From Blastocystis sp. Blastoise (Eukaryota; Protista; Bigyra: Opalinata): 64,000 nt of DNA. Numbering within the stretch: the first letter of the stretch is position 1; every line of letters begins with the position of its first letter. The DNA is taken from contig JBBPEB010000025.1 of assembly GCA_039096225.1 (NCBI GenBank), positions 744,001 to 808,000 of the forward strand, in the 5' to 3' direction. The notes beneath the pieces are model-generated. The model worked only from the letters and a program-made list of their open reading frames with translations, did not search any database and was not told the origin of the DNA. The position numbers and the translations under genes are program-made. Shown piece after piece: positions 25,447-42,652 of this stretch.

Positions 25447-26550
25447 ATGCAAGTTTTCTTGAAGAAAACGATAATAAACCAAAAAACACAATCAATTATG
25501 TCGTTTCTACGTTATAAATCAACCTACAATATAAAGATTGAGACGTCAGGACGAAAAAGTGCTTCCATTGAAGGTTCTGCGTTTATTAAGATATTTGGAG
25601 ATAGCGGTGAAACTCCAGTAATTACATTATCTCCACCACAAGCCAGTTTTTCTAAAGGAAGTTTAACTATGTTTTCTGTTGAAATGTTAACAAATCTTGG
25701 AAGTATTCACGAAATCAATTTAGGACATTCATCATCAAAGAGTATATATATTATAAATTAATATATTTTAAACATATTTCATGTTTTTCGGTGATTATTT
25801 ATGTCAATTCTTCACATAGAGTGGTTAGTACAGAATATAGAGATTCAAAATACCGATACTCGTGAGAAATGGTCATTTCCATGTTGTCAGTGGATCGATG
25901 GAGCCGATGATAAGTATGAACTATTTATTATAAATATATTATTTGAGATATAATATTCAATATATTATTCAATATATTATTCAATATTATATAAAATATA
26001 TATTCTTCTTTGTAGAATTCCAAAGAAAAAGTTATATCCTGTTCAAGAAAGTAAAGAGCCGTTAAAAAAAGAACGAATTCTAAGTTTAATTTGTGGGGGA
26101 TCAAACAGAACGCACGTGGACAAAGCAGCCAAAGGGCTACAAGGAGAAGTATATATATATATATATATATAATTATATATAATGGTGATATTGTGTATAG
26201 GATTCATTTTTCTTCATTGATCGCACGTGCGTGTCCCCCTTCGCCCCCTATAACGCCATTGGTGTCGCTGATGGGGTCGCTGATTGGAGATATAAGAAAA
26301 ACATTGATGCAGGTGAATATGCTCGTCAGTTGATGGACCAATGTGAAGAAACTAGTATATATATTTATATATATATATATATATTTATTTATATAGTCTA
26401 TGCACGTGATATGGTGACACCCTACTCCGTCATCAGTGAGGCGAAGTCGTCAATGGACCGTTTGGATACTCCGGGTAGTTGTACCGCGGTTATTTGTGTC
26501 TTAAATCGACGCAGTTACGAATTACAATCTTATGTTCTAGGAGACTCAAA

Positions 26551-26610
<60 letters not shown>

Positions 26611-26676
26611 AGATTACTTGTGATACGTGATGGTACAATACTATATGCGTCACCCTCACAACAGAAACGATTTATA

Positions 26677-26734
<58 letters not shown>

Positions 26735-27083
26735 GAGTAGTATTGGCGGGGAGAGTGTCACGGAAGGTGCGCAATATAATATAAAACTGAAATCAGGAGA
26801 TATGATTCTTGTAGGTTCCGATGGTTTATTTGATAATATATATGAAGAAACCCTCTGTAATCATATATGGAGACTCAGAGCGGCCAACCCCACAGATTTG
26901 GCGGCATTTCTCACGAAAATGGCGGCAGATATTAGTGTTTCTGAAACGGACGAAACACCCTGGTCACGTGAGGCGTCGGATCAGTTGGATATGGTGTATA
27001 AAGGAGGCAAGAAAGATGATATTACCGCGGTTATTGGAAAGGTCGTCAGTGAAAAACGTGAAATTCTCCCGAATTCTGGATAA
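25447..27083 (+). CDS. PTC7: PTC7-type PP2C phosphatase with an N-terminal PLAT/LH2 domain
   Basis: PP2C motifs [35 protein letters not shown] and [10 protein letters not shown]. The N-terminal [58 protein letters not shown] follows the PLAT consensus. Confidence 0.88.
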
Positions 27084-29064
27084 GTATAAATGCATGAATA
27101 TATATATATATTTGTAACATGTATGTACGTTGTCATTAGTGTTTTCTACATAATTGCTAAATGTTTTCTACATAATTATTAAATGATTTATTATTATTTA
27201 TAAGCTATTTTTTTAACTTTTCTTTCTTTTCTTTGTTTCTGATCTTAGTTGTTTTTACTTGTTTATGTTTTTGTTTTACCTTCTCTCGTTTTCCCTAGTT
27301 TTCCATTTATATATACTCTTCTCTCTCTTAACACTGTTTTATTTATTATATTTCTTTACATATATCATTCGTTTTGTTGCTTTATGCATATTATTATATA
27401 TTATTAAATAATTATTCTCTACTCTATCATTGTTATGTTTCTCTTTTGTTTTTTTATAATTATATCTTCTTTGTTAGTTCAATAAATCATCTATATCTAA
27501 CAGCATAAATACTATCTTTGTTAGTTCTATATAACATATATATCTAACAACATAAATATCTTTTTTATTATTTCAACAGAATATCTATATCTAACAACAT
27601 AAATATCTTCTATCATTCTTATCTATACATTTGATTATATTTATACAATCTCGAATATATTTATTTACGTATGAATTCCTATCAGTCACTATTGTCACAT
27701 ATAGAGAGGGTATTCATTATACTTAAAATTCATGTTGAACGGAGCATGAAATATTTATATATATTATTTTGAAACATATATACTATTCTTGAATGAAATC
27801 ATACATAGAAAATAGATATTTCAATGATACATTTCATCAACGATCATAATGTTGTAGCTAATATTAATATTGAGGCTTTTTATATATTGAAACATAATCT
27901 TCTAGACTGAGTATACTAAATCTTTAACAAGGCTAGTGTTTCCATTTGAAAATCTAAATATATTTCTTATTGAATACGAATCCATTTATTTGTACAAAAT
28001 TTTAAACATATCTTAGCATAAAGAACATGTTTTTGTAATTATATATTGACACATGATATACATTTGCATGATAGATTTGCGCAAAACCAGTCAATAATTT
28101 AAATCCATATAGGTAAATACAAAATACATGTTTCTCAGTTAAATAAATAATTAAATTAAATAAAAACAAATTCATAAAGAATAATGAAAGAATTTGACAA
28201 AAAATACATTGAATTATTAGGTTTGTTTTGAAAGGTTCTACTTATGATTCATATAATTGTTTTAAAATGATGATTACATATATTTTACGTTTCTACAACT
28301 ATTCATTATTCTCATATGCATATTTTTACGATATATTGAGTTAATGCGTATGCTAAAAATTGTTTTCATGCATGATTATATGCATTTCATTTTCGGAAAA
28401 ACAAACATGATATGATAAATGAAGTAATCGTAACTTTTATAATCACTTAAAGCACATTATTTTGAATGTATTTTATCTATTGTATATTCTGCTATAATCA
28501 AATATTATATATTATATTTCACTGTATACTCGTATAAGAAAACATCGTTAGATAATGATATATTAAAATATATTCACATTTTACTAATAATTTCATGATC
28601 AATTTTGAAATATGATGTTCATTTTATGTAATTATGTATTTTGGTTATTGAGGTATTATTTTAGTTAAGAAGTTATTCTTAGAGTGATTCTATTACTTTT
28701 GAATCCACAATGATTCCTAATATTATTTTTATTTAATTTAGTTTTTGTTACTCTATTATAATTGATGATAGCACTCTAGTAAATTGATGAAATATATGAA
28801 TGAATGAAGTGATCTTGATATAGTTAAAATAGATATTTACAAATAAAAATAATGTTCCGTAATAATGCTATAACAAAACATGTGTTATAAGAGACGAAAG
28901 ATTTGAACAAAGAGAATAATACAGTAAATAGAAAAGTAGAAACGAGAAAAGAATTGGAAAATAATAAATAATTCTTGTTAAGAGTTATAATTATGGACAA
29001 CTATAATAAATAAAAAACGAAGAGAATTTCATGTTACTATATATATATATATGAAGAATATAAC

Positions 29065-29250
29065 TTAGTCGCCTGTATCTGTGAATTCCTCACTCATTTG
29101 ATTCTCTATAGATGGGTTGTTATTCTTATCATGAGAAGATTGATCATGTGCAGACGTCGAATGCTTATGATTGTGTTCTATGACACTGTTGAGTAAGGAT
29201 GCGTCATACTTATTAGTATCTATGATATATAGTTTAAAATCATAAATGAA

Positions 29251-29297
<47 letters not shown>

Positions 29298-29345
29298 TTC
29301 TTTTTTCTTGAATAAATGGATGTTGAAGAGCTTGAGATGCAGTTA

Positions 29346-29382
<37 letters not shown>

Positions 29383-29873
29383 TATATATACCGTTCTTTT
29401 GGATCCCAAGTGAGGAGTGTTAAAATGAAATCGAGAAATTGATCGTCATCACAATGAATTGTGTTCCCCAGTCGTTCCTTAAGGACATCCATAGTTGGCG
29501 GGGAATAAGTATCCGGCGCGGGAGAGGGGTTCCCGGTATATATGGGAAGGGAGGGAAAGAATATACGACCGTATCCTGAAATACGGATCATGGAGAGAGG
29601 AGGAAAACCTATATATATAAGCATATATATTTATATATATAATGAATACCTAATGTATATAATACTTAATATATATATATATAATACCTAATAGTTTGAC
29701 GAATTTTCGCATAAGATCTTGTCGAGATGTGCTATCGAACAGAACGAATCCTATTGGAGAATAATGAGGGATAGTGAGGGATATATACCACTATATAGTT
29801 CACAGAGGAGACAGCCGACAGACCAAATATCGACGCGTTGGTCGTAGGGGAGTGCAAGCAGAACCTTGATAGT

Positions 29874-29931
<58 letters not shown>

Positions 29932-30458
29932 TTCAGGGGCTCTATAAGCTCTGCTTTGAATATAAATAGAAAAATTATAGGACTTCGCGAAATTACTACC
30001 TCCATAATCCACGATCTTTATAGTAGCACTGTATATATATATTTAAATTACATTATGTAGTGTATATAGAATACAGCATAAAGTATAGAATATAGAATAT
30101 AATATATATGTATATATACGATTCATAGTCTTGTATAAGTATATTTTCAGGTTTGAGGTCACAGTGAATGATTCCCGATTGATGAATGAATTCCAACGCT
30201 TTTAAGCACTGTTCAGCTATAGTCTGAATACGATCCAGCGTGAAATAAGGCGGCAGATGACGCGATTTCACCACATGTTGAAGGCGGTATAAATTAGACT
30301 GAAGTAATTCCATAACAATGACTAGATGTTGACTATAATAAAAGAAATCCAGAAGTCGAGGTGTGTGCGTCACATCAGGATCTCCACGTGCGTTAAGATA
30401 TCTTAATAATCGTATTTCATCGAGAGACTGCTCAAAGAAAAGATCACGTCGTTTAATA

Positions 30459-30529
<71 letters not shown>

Positions 30530-31566
30530 GAAATATACTTTAAGACAGACATGTGCTTTGTCTGGTGACGTCATATCGATGCACTCCAGCGTCAGAGAGA
30601 ATGCCGCCTTTCCTAGCCCGCGAACAACCTATACAAGAATAATAATATTGAGAAAATATTGAGAAAATATTATATAGAAAAAGAGTATAGAATATAGAAT
30701 ATAAAGAGTAAACACTATAGGAAATAAAATATAAAGTAAATAATATAGAGATTAAAGTATACAATAAAGGTAAAAATGAATATAAAAATAGAGTTATAAA
30801 AGAGTAAACGTATAGTATAAAAAGCAATCGTTATACAAATAACAATGAACAATAATAACAATCATATACAAGGTATTTATCGGCGATGTAGGTATTTGGC
30901 GGCAAATGAAGGCGGTGCCGGTGAACTCCTGTTACTCGCGGTATATAATATATAGGGAGGAGGAAGTAATGAAAATGAAAACTGGATTTATTATAGGGAG
31001 AATAATGCAACTAAGAATAGGAATGGACTTTTATATAAATGAAGAGAAATAGAAAATATATTCAAGTATTAGAATAAATAGCATAATAATAATAAACATG
31101 ATAATAAAAACTATAATAACAATAATAAACATAATAATAACTATAATAATAATAATAACTATAATAATAATAAGCATATATATACATCTTCAACAGATTC
31201 TTGATCACGCTTAGAAGAGTTCCAGATTGATTTAGAGCCTTTTCTTTCTTTCTCCATTGAAGATGTTCTATGAATGGAATGCTTATGTCTCATTGGCGAA
31301 TATACACGTGATGAAAACTCCTTATTGGATGATGATATGGAATCACGCATTTGATTGGATGATACGTATGATGACGATGGAGAAAATAGCTCCGTTGAAA
31401 TAGAATTCGAAATAGGATTCGAAATAGAAGGAGAAGAAAAAGAAGAATGAGAAGAACTTAGGGGATGCGATATTACTACATGTGGAGATATTCGCGGGGA
31501 TAAAGAAGATCTAGAAACAAAAATAAAGTTGATAATATATATATATATATAATTATATGTGTAGAA

Positions 31567-31606
<40 letters not shown>

Positions 31607-34502
31607 GTTATCTGTAGGTTGTGTTCGTTTCTCGGAATACGTTTCAATCTCCTCGTTTCTATCTATAAACCTAAATCCTATAGATTCTTCTTTATCATTA
31701 TTTCTATCCTTATCATTATGTATATATCCATCCTTATCTCTGTAATTATCTTTGTCTATACTTCTATTTCTATTGTTCTCTCTATATATTTCTCTAGCAT
31801 CTTCTATGTCTGTATCTATATCAAATGGTGAATTATATTCTGAATTCACATCTAAATCTAAATATAAATGATCTGAACTATCTCCATCAGATATTGATTC
31901 ATCTTGACTGTACACTTCAGAGTGTTCCTCAGAAATAATATCATTCACATTATCTTCTTCTTGACTATAAACAACGTCTCCAGAAGATAGATTCTCATAA
32001 TCACTCGAGGAAATCCCAGCTTTAGCATCCTCTAACCGCGGGAATACATCAATATCTTTTTCTTCTGATCCCGTACAAATAGAATCAACACATTCTGTGT
32101 CATTGAAATAATAAGGTTGAAATTTAGATACTTTTCTATTCTCCTCTTTCTCTTCATTTTTATTATTATATTCATTGTTCTTCTTCTCTTCATTCTGCTT
32201 TTCTTCTTCTTCTTTTTCATATTCCTTTTCGCTTTCTTTTTCCTTTTCCTTTTTATTATTCTTTTCATCATTTTCTTTCTCATGCATATATTCATTTTTA
32301 TTTTCATACTTATATTCATTCGATTTCTCAAGTACTTCTTCTTCCTGAGAAATCATTTGATCCTCATTTCCACGGAAATATAATGGACGTATAGATGGTT
32401 TCTTTATGTTATTCAATATAATTGTGGATGGTACTTGTTCTTGAGTATGTATTTCATTATTTGGAGAGAGTAGAGAAGAATTATTCATATTTGGATCTAA
32501 TATAGAAGGAGGAGGAAGAGAAAGACATTGTTTTGTATGTCTTATATTAAATGAATCAGGATTTGAATAAGAATTGAGGGAGACATTATAAGGATTTTGA
32601 ATATGAAGAGAAAGAGAAGAAGATGAAGGTCCTTGAGAAAAAGCTAAAGTATTGATAGCAGCATCGATAGAATTAGAATGAGATATAGTACAAGCAGGAG
32701 GATCTGAAAATAATGAATTCTTTCTTTCGTAGTCTCTTGTGTTTAGATCGGAGAATCGACTAGAAAAGGGATAAGGAGTAGTATGGGTAATATAATTGAG
32801 AGAATGTCGATAATGAGACTGAGGAAAATCAATTTGAATTGGATTCACAAAGGCTATATAGAGTATATATATATAAGGAATAATAAATATGAATTAAAAT
32901 TATAATAACTATATGAATTAATATATAATAATAATATATCTAATAAACAATATATATTTATAAAAGGAATAAGAAATAAAATTATAATAATTATATGAAT
33001 TAATATATAATAATAATATATCTAATAAACAATATATATTTATAAAAGGAATAAGAAATAAAATTATAATAACTATATGAATTAATATATAATAATGATA
33101 CATATAATAAACTATATATATACAGTAGTCAGATCGTTTGATTGTTCCTTGTTTATTGAGGATAGAAACATGAGGAGATATACCGGCAACAGATTGATTC
33201 TGGGAGGTGAAAATAGGAACAAAAGTCGTTGATGGAGGGGAGGATATATTGTTGGCGGGATGATGGATAGGAGAAAGGAGATTTGGCTGGAGAATCGTGG
33301 GAAATGATGAGTGTACATTAATTGATGTTTTAATTGGTTGAATATTATATGTGTTTAAGGGAAGTATAACTTTTGATGATTTATCAATAGTAGAATCAAG
33401 AGGAGAAGAAGTAGTAGTAGTAAGTACAGATGTATCTTTTATATTAGTTGATATAGAAGATATTGATTGTACAGATGATGAAGACAATGAGGGATGACCA
33501 TCATTTGAAGGAAACACAATAGAGGATTTCCGTGATTGTTGATTATGAGAAACAGAAGGAGATGAAGTAAAGAGAGAAGAAGAGAGAATAGAAGGTAATA
33601 TATCCTTGTCTTTCTCTCTTTTTCTCTCTTTCTCCTTTTCTTCTTCTTCTTCTTCTTCTTCATTATTTTCATTGTCTTCACTTTCTTCTCTATTTGAGCT
33701 AATAGAAGAACTTGAAAAATCTGAAAATGATTCAGAAGTACTGTTTGAGTTAAGGGACGCTATAATTAAAAAACAGAATAAACACAAACCAATAAAAATA
33801 GCTTTAAAAAAAGAATATATGTATATATATATATATTATATAAATGATTTTAGTGTAATAAAATAATGAGATGAATAGAATAATAATATTTACAGAATTC
33901 ATCATCATTAGAATTATTTGATTCTTTTCCTTTCAAATGATTGGCTGATGAAGATCCCAGAGTCGATTTCTTTTTTGCTAATTTATTAGAGGGTTGTTGA
34001 ATGGAACTTGGATGATTCACTTTATGATTACCTAAATAATATCAATATATATGTTTAAAATAATTATATGTATAACATGATATTTGTTAAAATAAGAAGA
34101 AAAACAATATAAACATACGAAGAGACTTCATAAAGTCCTTTCCCATTATATTATCGAGTTTATCGAGAATATCATTATCTAGGAGTTCAAGATTTAGAGC
34201 AGAAGAATGAACTAACTAAATCAAATAGAATAACATCGTTTAAAGATATATACTCGAAAAACAATGCTTATCAATTGAATAGCTTCTTCTTTGTAATCAT
34301 GCTTCAGAAGTTCAGATTTAAGTTTTTCTTCTTCTTCAGAGACTTTTACTTTGAAGTCATCATTCATAATGTTACTTATATTTGTATTTTCAACATTGCT
34401 CTTGGCATTAGATACTTTGTTTTGAGATTGTTCATGCCCTTCTGTTAAATTACAATCATTTGATTTGCTGATATTTGTAGCTAGTTGCGTTTCTCGTTCC
34501 AT
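29065..34502 (-). CDS. DYRK-family kinase, DYRKP (plant-type) subfamily, with a long low-complexity N-terminus
   Basis: GLGKAAFS, VCLK|IIKRRDLFFEQSLDEIRLL, HCDLKPEN, DYGGS, YIQSRAYRAPEV and YDQRVDIWSVGC. The pre-kinase segment LPIYYIPRVTG...NTYIADKY resembles DYRKP. The 5' end is approximate. Confidence 0.88.
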
Positions 34503-35169
34503 CACTATTCTAAATAAACTAACTATTCATCTAGTTATAAATTTATATATACATCTGAGAAAAGGATAGAAATTTGATACGTAATATAAAACAAAAGAAA
34601 ATCTAAAAACAAAAGATTCCCAAAGAATCCATACTCTCTTCCTCTTTAAAAAGAAAATAATTGTTTGAGTCATTTTTATTTAAATTATTATTATTTTTTT
34701 GAAAGAAAATAGTGTAACTTGCTGAAATTATTTGATCTAATTAATGAAACTCTTTTATATAGTTTAGGAGACAAAAAAGAAGATTCGAGTTACAGAGATG
34801 AATCATTTTTGATGTTATAAAGTATTTTTATTTATTGTATTTAAGTCAAGACAACATAGAGATTATTATCGTCATAACTTCACTAGATTTGTATGTATAT
34901 TGTAATTGATGTACAGAAAATAACAAAATTAAAAATGAAATACTACAATAAGGGACTAGAAAACATAAAAATAGAACAATAAAAATGAATATATAACAAT
35001 AATGTTGATGATAAGTTTTAAAAAGTTGGTTCAAACTAATAGAAATAGTTCCAATAATAAATGTAAATAATTGTATATAAATAATTACACTAATAGGGAA
35101 TTGTATATGAGAAATATATATAAAAATGATGTACATGAATTTGTTGTAGTTGATCAACTTATAATTCGT

Positions 35170-38226
<3,057 letters not shown>

Positions 38227-38744
38227 TGTTTTATCTACTAAATAAGAGCGAGCAGTAGAATACTAAATATTTCTTGCTTTGTAATATGATTCGAAAATGA
38301 CATTTGCGAACCACCTCTTCTCAGTGACGTGTTCTGTTGGTAGATTCCAGCTAAACACAGAATTCCCGTAAAGAATTATCAAGAGTTAGTAAGAATTTTA
38401 ATAAAACCATGATTCTATAATGAACGAATCATATGTTTCTTGGGGGGAAAAAGACAATGCCGAATGTTCATTCGAATCTTAGGACTTTTCTTTAGAAGCT
38501 TTTTGTATGAATCAATATAGAAGTGCAAGTTTCAAAGATAGCTATTCTCTAAAATTTAAATAACTCATTTGACTTTCAACAATGGAAGACATTTCCAAAA
38601 TAATTCTTTTTGTTTTAAGAACAAGAATTTTATTTATCATATATGCCATTTTAAAATGAAAATAAATACAAATAAATATGTATTTGAAACTGATCATACA
38701 TTTGAAAAAAAATCTTTTTTTTCATACAATAAAAAGTATAAAAA

Positions 38745-38817
38745 TGACTCCGCCGAGGATTGAACTCGGGATCTCTCGCGTGTCAGGCGAGCGTGTTTGC
38801 CACTGCACTACGGAGTC
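38745..38817 (-). tRNA. trnV-GAC: tRNA-Val(GAC), identical to 17212-17284
   Basis: Exact reverse complement of the first copy, followed by TTTTT (plus-strand A-run 38740-38744). Confidence 0.95.
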
Positions 38818-38922
38818 TACTGAAAACTAGAAATTATTGTGTATAGTTCTTTTACCAATCAGAAGAGAATTATTTTTTATGGTTCTCTTGGAATAACGTT
38901 ATTTTTCTTTGTTGAAGTCAAG

Positions 38923-40128
38923 ATGAATAATAAAGGCAAGAAAGTTGTCAAGAAATCTGATAAACCTAGTATAAAGGTTAATGAAGATATAATAAATGAT
39001 AAACGTTTTAAGAATGTTTTTTCCGATCCTAAATTTAAAGAGATTAAATCAAACAAAACAAAAATTGCTGTAGATAAACGTTTTGAGAAAGTATTTGATT
39101 CCAGATTTACTGGTGAACAAGGAAAAGGAGTAGATTCAAGAGGACGTAAGATATCTGATAAGAATCGTCGTTCCGAAATGAGTAAGTATTATAAACTTCA
39201 AAAAGAGCAAGAAGAAGATGAAAAACTTGAGAAACTTAATCAACTAGCTCGTGGTGAGATTGATAATGAGTCTTCTACTTCATCCTCAGAGGAATCAGAA
39301 GAACAATCTGAAGAAGAATCGAGTAGTAGTAATTCTGACGTGGAATCTGAAGTGGAGATTGAAGATGAAGATCTTATAGATATGCCTCTTAAAGATACAG
39401 ATGAAGTATATTATTATAAAACTAATTCTTTGTTTATTATTATTTCATATTTTTATAAATGATATATATATTTCTATTTTTTATGTTTTTACTACTTATT
39501 ATTTTGGAGCTTCTTATATATTTTTCTTTATAATTGCGTATTTGTGTTTCATTCCCCTCTATGTTTCCCTATATATATAGATAGAAATGGGTGAAGAAAC
39601 GCGTCGTCTTGCTTGTGTCAACCTAGATTGGGCTAAGGTCAAAGTATATTATATTTATTATTATGTTTATTATTTTGTTTATTATGTTTTTTAAATATTA
39701 TTATATATATATTTATTATGTTTATTTTATTATTTTGTTTATTATGTTTTTTTATATATTATTATATATATATATTTATTATGTTTATTTTGTTATTTTT
39801 TTTACTGTTTTTTTTTAATATCTTTTTAAGTATTATTGTTAAATATATACTTATATTTCTTTTATTTGTTATTATTATATCTCTGTAGGCTGTTGACTTA
39901 TATAGTGTATTTAGTTCTTTCGCTGGAGCAGGTAATATCGTGTCTGTCACTATATATCCCTCTCAATATGGCAAGGACAGAATGAAGAAAGAAGAACAGT
40001 ATGGACCAGAAGGTAGAATTGTTTATACAGAAATTGGTATATATATTTATATATTATATATTACATATATTATATTATATATATAGAAGATGATGAAGAA
40101 ACTAATGAACAAAAAAGTATATGTGTTA

Positions 40129-40174
<46 letters not shown>

Positions 40175-41144
40175 TGAATCCCGCCTTCGTGCGTACGAGC
40201 GCGCTCGTTTAAGATATTATTTCTGTGTCGTTGAATGTGACTCTGTATTGACAGCCAGTACTATATATAAGAACTGTGATGAGACTGAATATCAACATAG
40301 TGGTAATCTGTTAGATCTTCGTTTTATTCCTGATGATATCAAATTCAACGCAAAAGAAATTGTTGATAAATGTACATTTTTGCCTCTTGATTATTCTCCC
40401 GCCAATATTGTAACTGACGTTTTGGCGCGTTCAACCGTCGATCTCTCCTGGGATAAACAAGATGATGATCGTAGTGAGTTGCTTCAATGGCACGGATCGA
40501 ATTCGAAGAAGAAGGAGGATGTTTATTTGGATAAGGATATCGAGAGATATATAGCAAGTGATAGTGAGAATGAGGAAGATGAAGAGGAAACCACAGAAGA
40601 GAAACAAGAACAAAAGGTATATATATATTATATTATATTATATTATATTATATTATATTATATTATATTATATTATATATATATTATATTATTTATATTT
40701 TATATAGGATACTGAAAAGTTAAGACAAAAATATTTACAATTATTAAAAGAGAAAAACATTAGTGTTCCAGGAGTAGATGCGTCAGAGAACACAAATAAA
40801 GATGATGAAAACAATGTAGATGATGAGTCAAAAGATAAGGAAGTAACCTTTGTTCCTGGTCTGGAAAATAAATTGAAACAACGTTTGGAGAGCAAGGCTG
40901 TCGAGGAGACGGAGACCGCGTACGAGAAGTATCGTCGAACCATGAAGGAGAAACGCAAACAGAGAAAAGCTCAGAAATCAGAAGATGCTGATTCCCACGG
41001 GAATGAGAAGAATGATGATGATTTATATAATGATGATGCAATAGATCCTGATAGTATATATATATATAACAATATATATATAACTATATATATATATATA
41101 TATATATAGCATTGAATGATCCTTTTTTCCAATCATCTACTGAA

Positions 41145-41202
<58 letters not shown>

Positions 41203-41533
41203 CAAGTCTAAAAAAGAAAAAAAGAATAAGAAGAAGGAACAATTGAAAGAAACAGAAGAAGAAAAGAAGCAACGAGAACAACTCGAATTAATGCTTATTC
41301 AAGAAGATGATGACGCGCCACTCGTTGATGATGACGATGCTGACGATAAATATATGGCGAAGAACAAACGTAAGGCTCAAGATGACTTCAAGATGGATCT
41401 TTCTGATTCCCGTTTCTCTTCTCTTTATAACGATCCTAATTATCATATCGATCCTACTTCAAATAACTATGCTAAGACGGATAATATGAATAAACTTATT
41501 GTCGATATATCTAGAAAGAGAAAGAAGAACTAA
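38923..41533 (+). CDS. ESF1: Pre-rRNA processing protein ESF1
   Basis: NDKRFKNVFSDPKF, VDSRGRK, TRRLACVNLDWAKVK|AVDL, VTIYPSQYGKDRMKKEEQYGP, LRAYERARLRYYFCVVECD and LDLRFIPDD, plus the NUC153-like DLSDSRFSSLYNDPNYHIDPT. Confidence 0.93.
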
Positions 41534-42188
41534 AAGAAATATTTTATTCTTATCATTATTGTTAACTTGATTCTTCTATATTTACTATTTTATTAATATT
41601 GTTATTAAGTATTTGTTTTCTATATTATATCTCTATCCATTTGTGTTATTTATAGTTTTGTTGAGTTTCTATGTAAAACAGTGATTATTATAGATAACAT
41701 ACAACTAATAAAAAGATTCGATTTAGGTGTGTTTTTATATGTGAATCATGACATTATAAATATATGAACTATCGATTTCAGTAAGAGTAGCGTAACTATA
41801 TATAGAAATATAACAAAACACAACTTTTGAATTTACATATATAATTATGTTCTGTGACTGATACTGCACTGAAAATGAGTTATTTATATGTATAATAAAA
41901 TACTGAAATATATAGAGTAAAAACATAAAACAGAACAAATATAACGTTCAAAAAAGAGTATACTGTCGATATTGAGTAATATATATATATATATAATAAA
42001 ATAATAAAGAAAAACTAAATAATAAAAAAAAAACAAAAACAAAATAAAATACAATGGTAATATCCAATATCCTAATATAATTTCACTAAATGAATACAGA
42101 TATGTATAGAATACAAAGAATAAGATTTCTATAAAAAAGAAGAAGAAAAATAAGAGGAATTCTGAGATATGAATGAGAAATCTCATAA

Positions 42189-42230
<42 letters not shown>

Positions 42231-42559
42231 GAAACAATTGATGGCAAGTAATAGAAAAGGGAAAAAATAGTTATTATTATTATAGTTATTATTATTTATT
42301 ATTAGAGCTATTATTATTATTATTGATAATGGAAATGACAAAAAGAAATTGAGAAAAATCACATCCATTTTCGATTTATATATATATATATAAACTGTTA
42401 ATTCTCATGAAGTAGTAGAGGGAGAGTAAAAACTAGATAAGAATATATATATATATATATAATGGATTATAAGGTATAAAAAGGGAAAAGAGTTTTATAT
42501 GATAAAAAGCAGGGATCGCGGGGGTATATATAAATAGAAATAATTATATTCACTATTAC

Positions 42560-42604
42560 TCACTTCGAATGAGCTATATATAAATGTAAAGTAGAATGTG
42601 ACTA

Positions 42605-42652
<48 letters not shown>

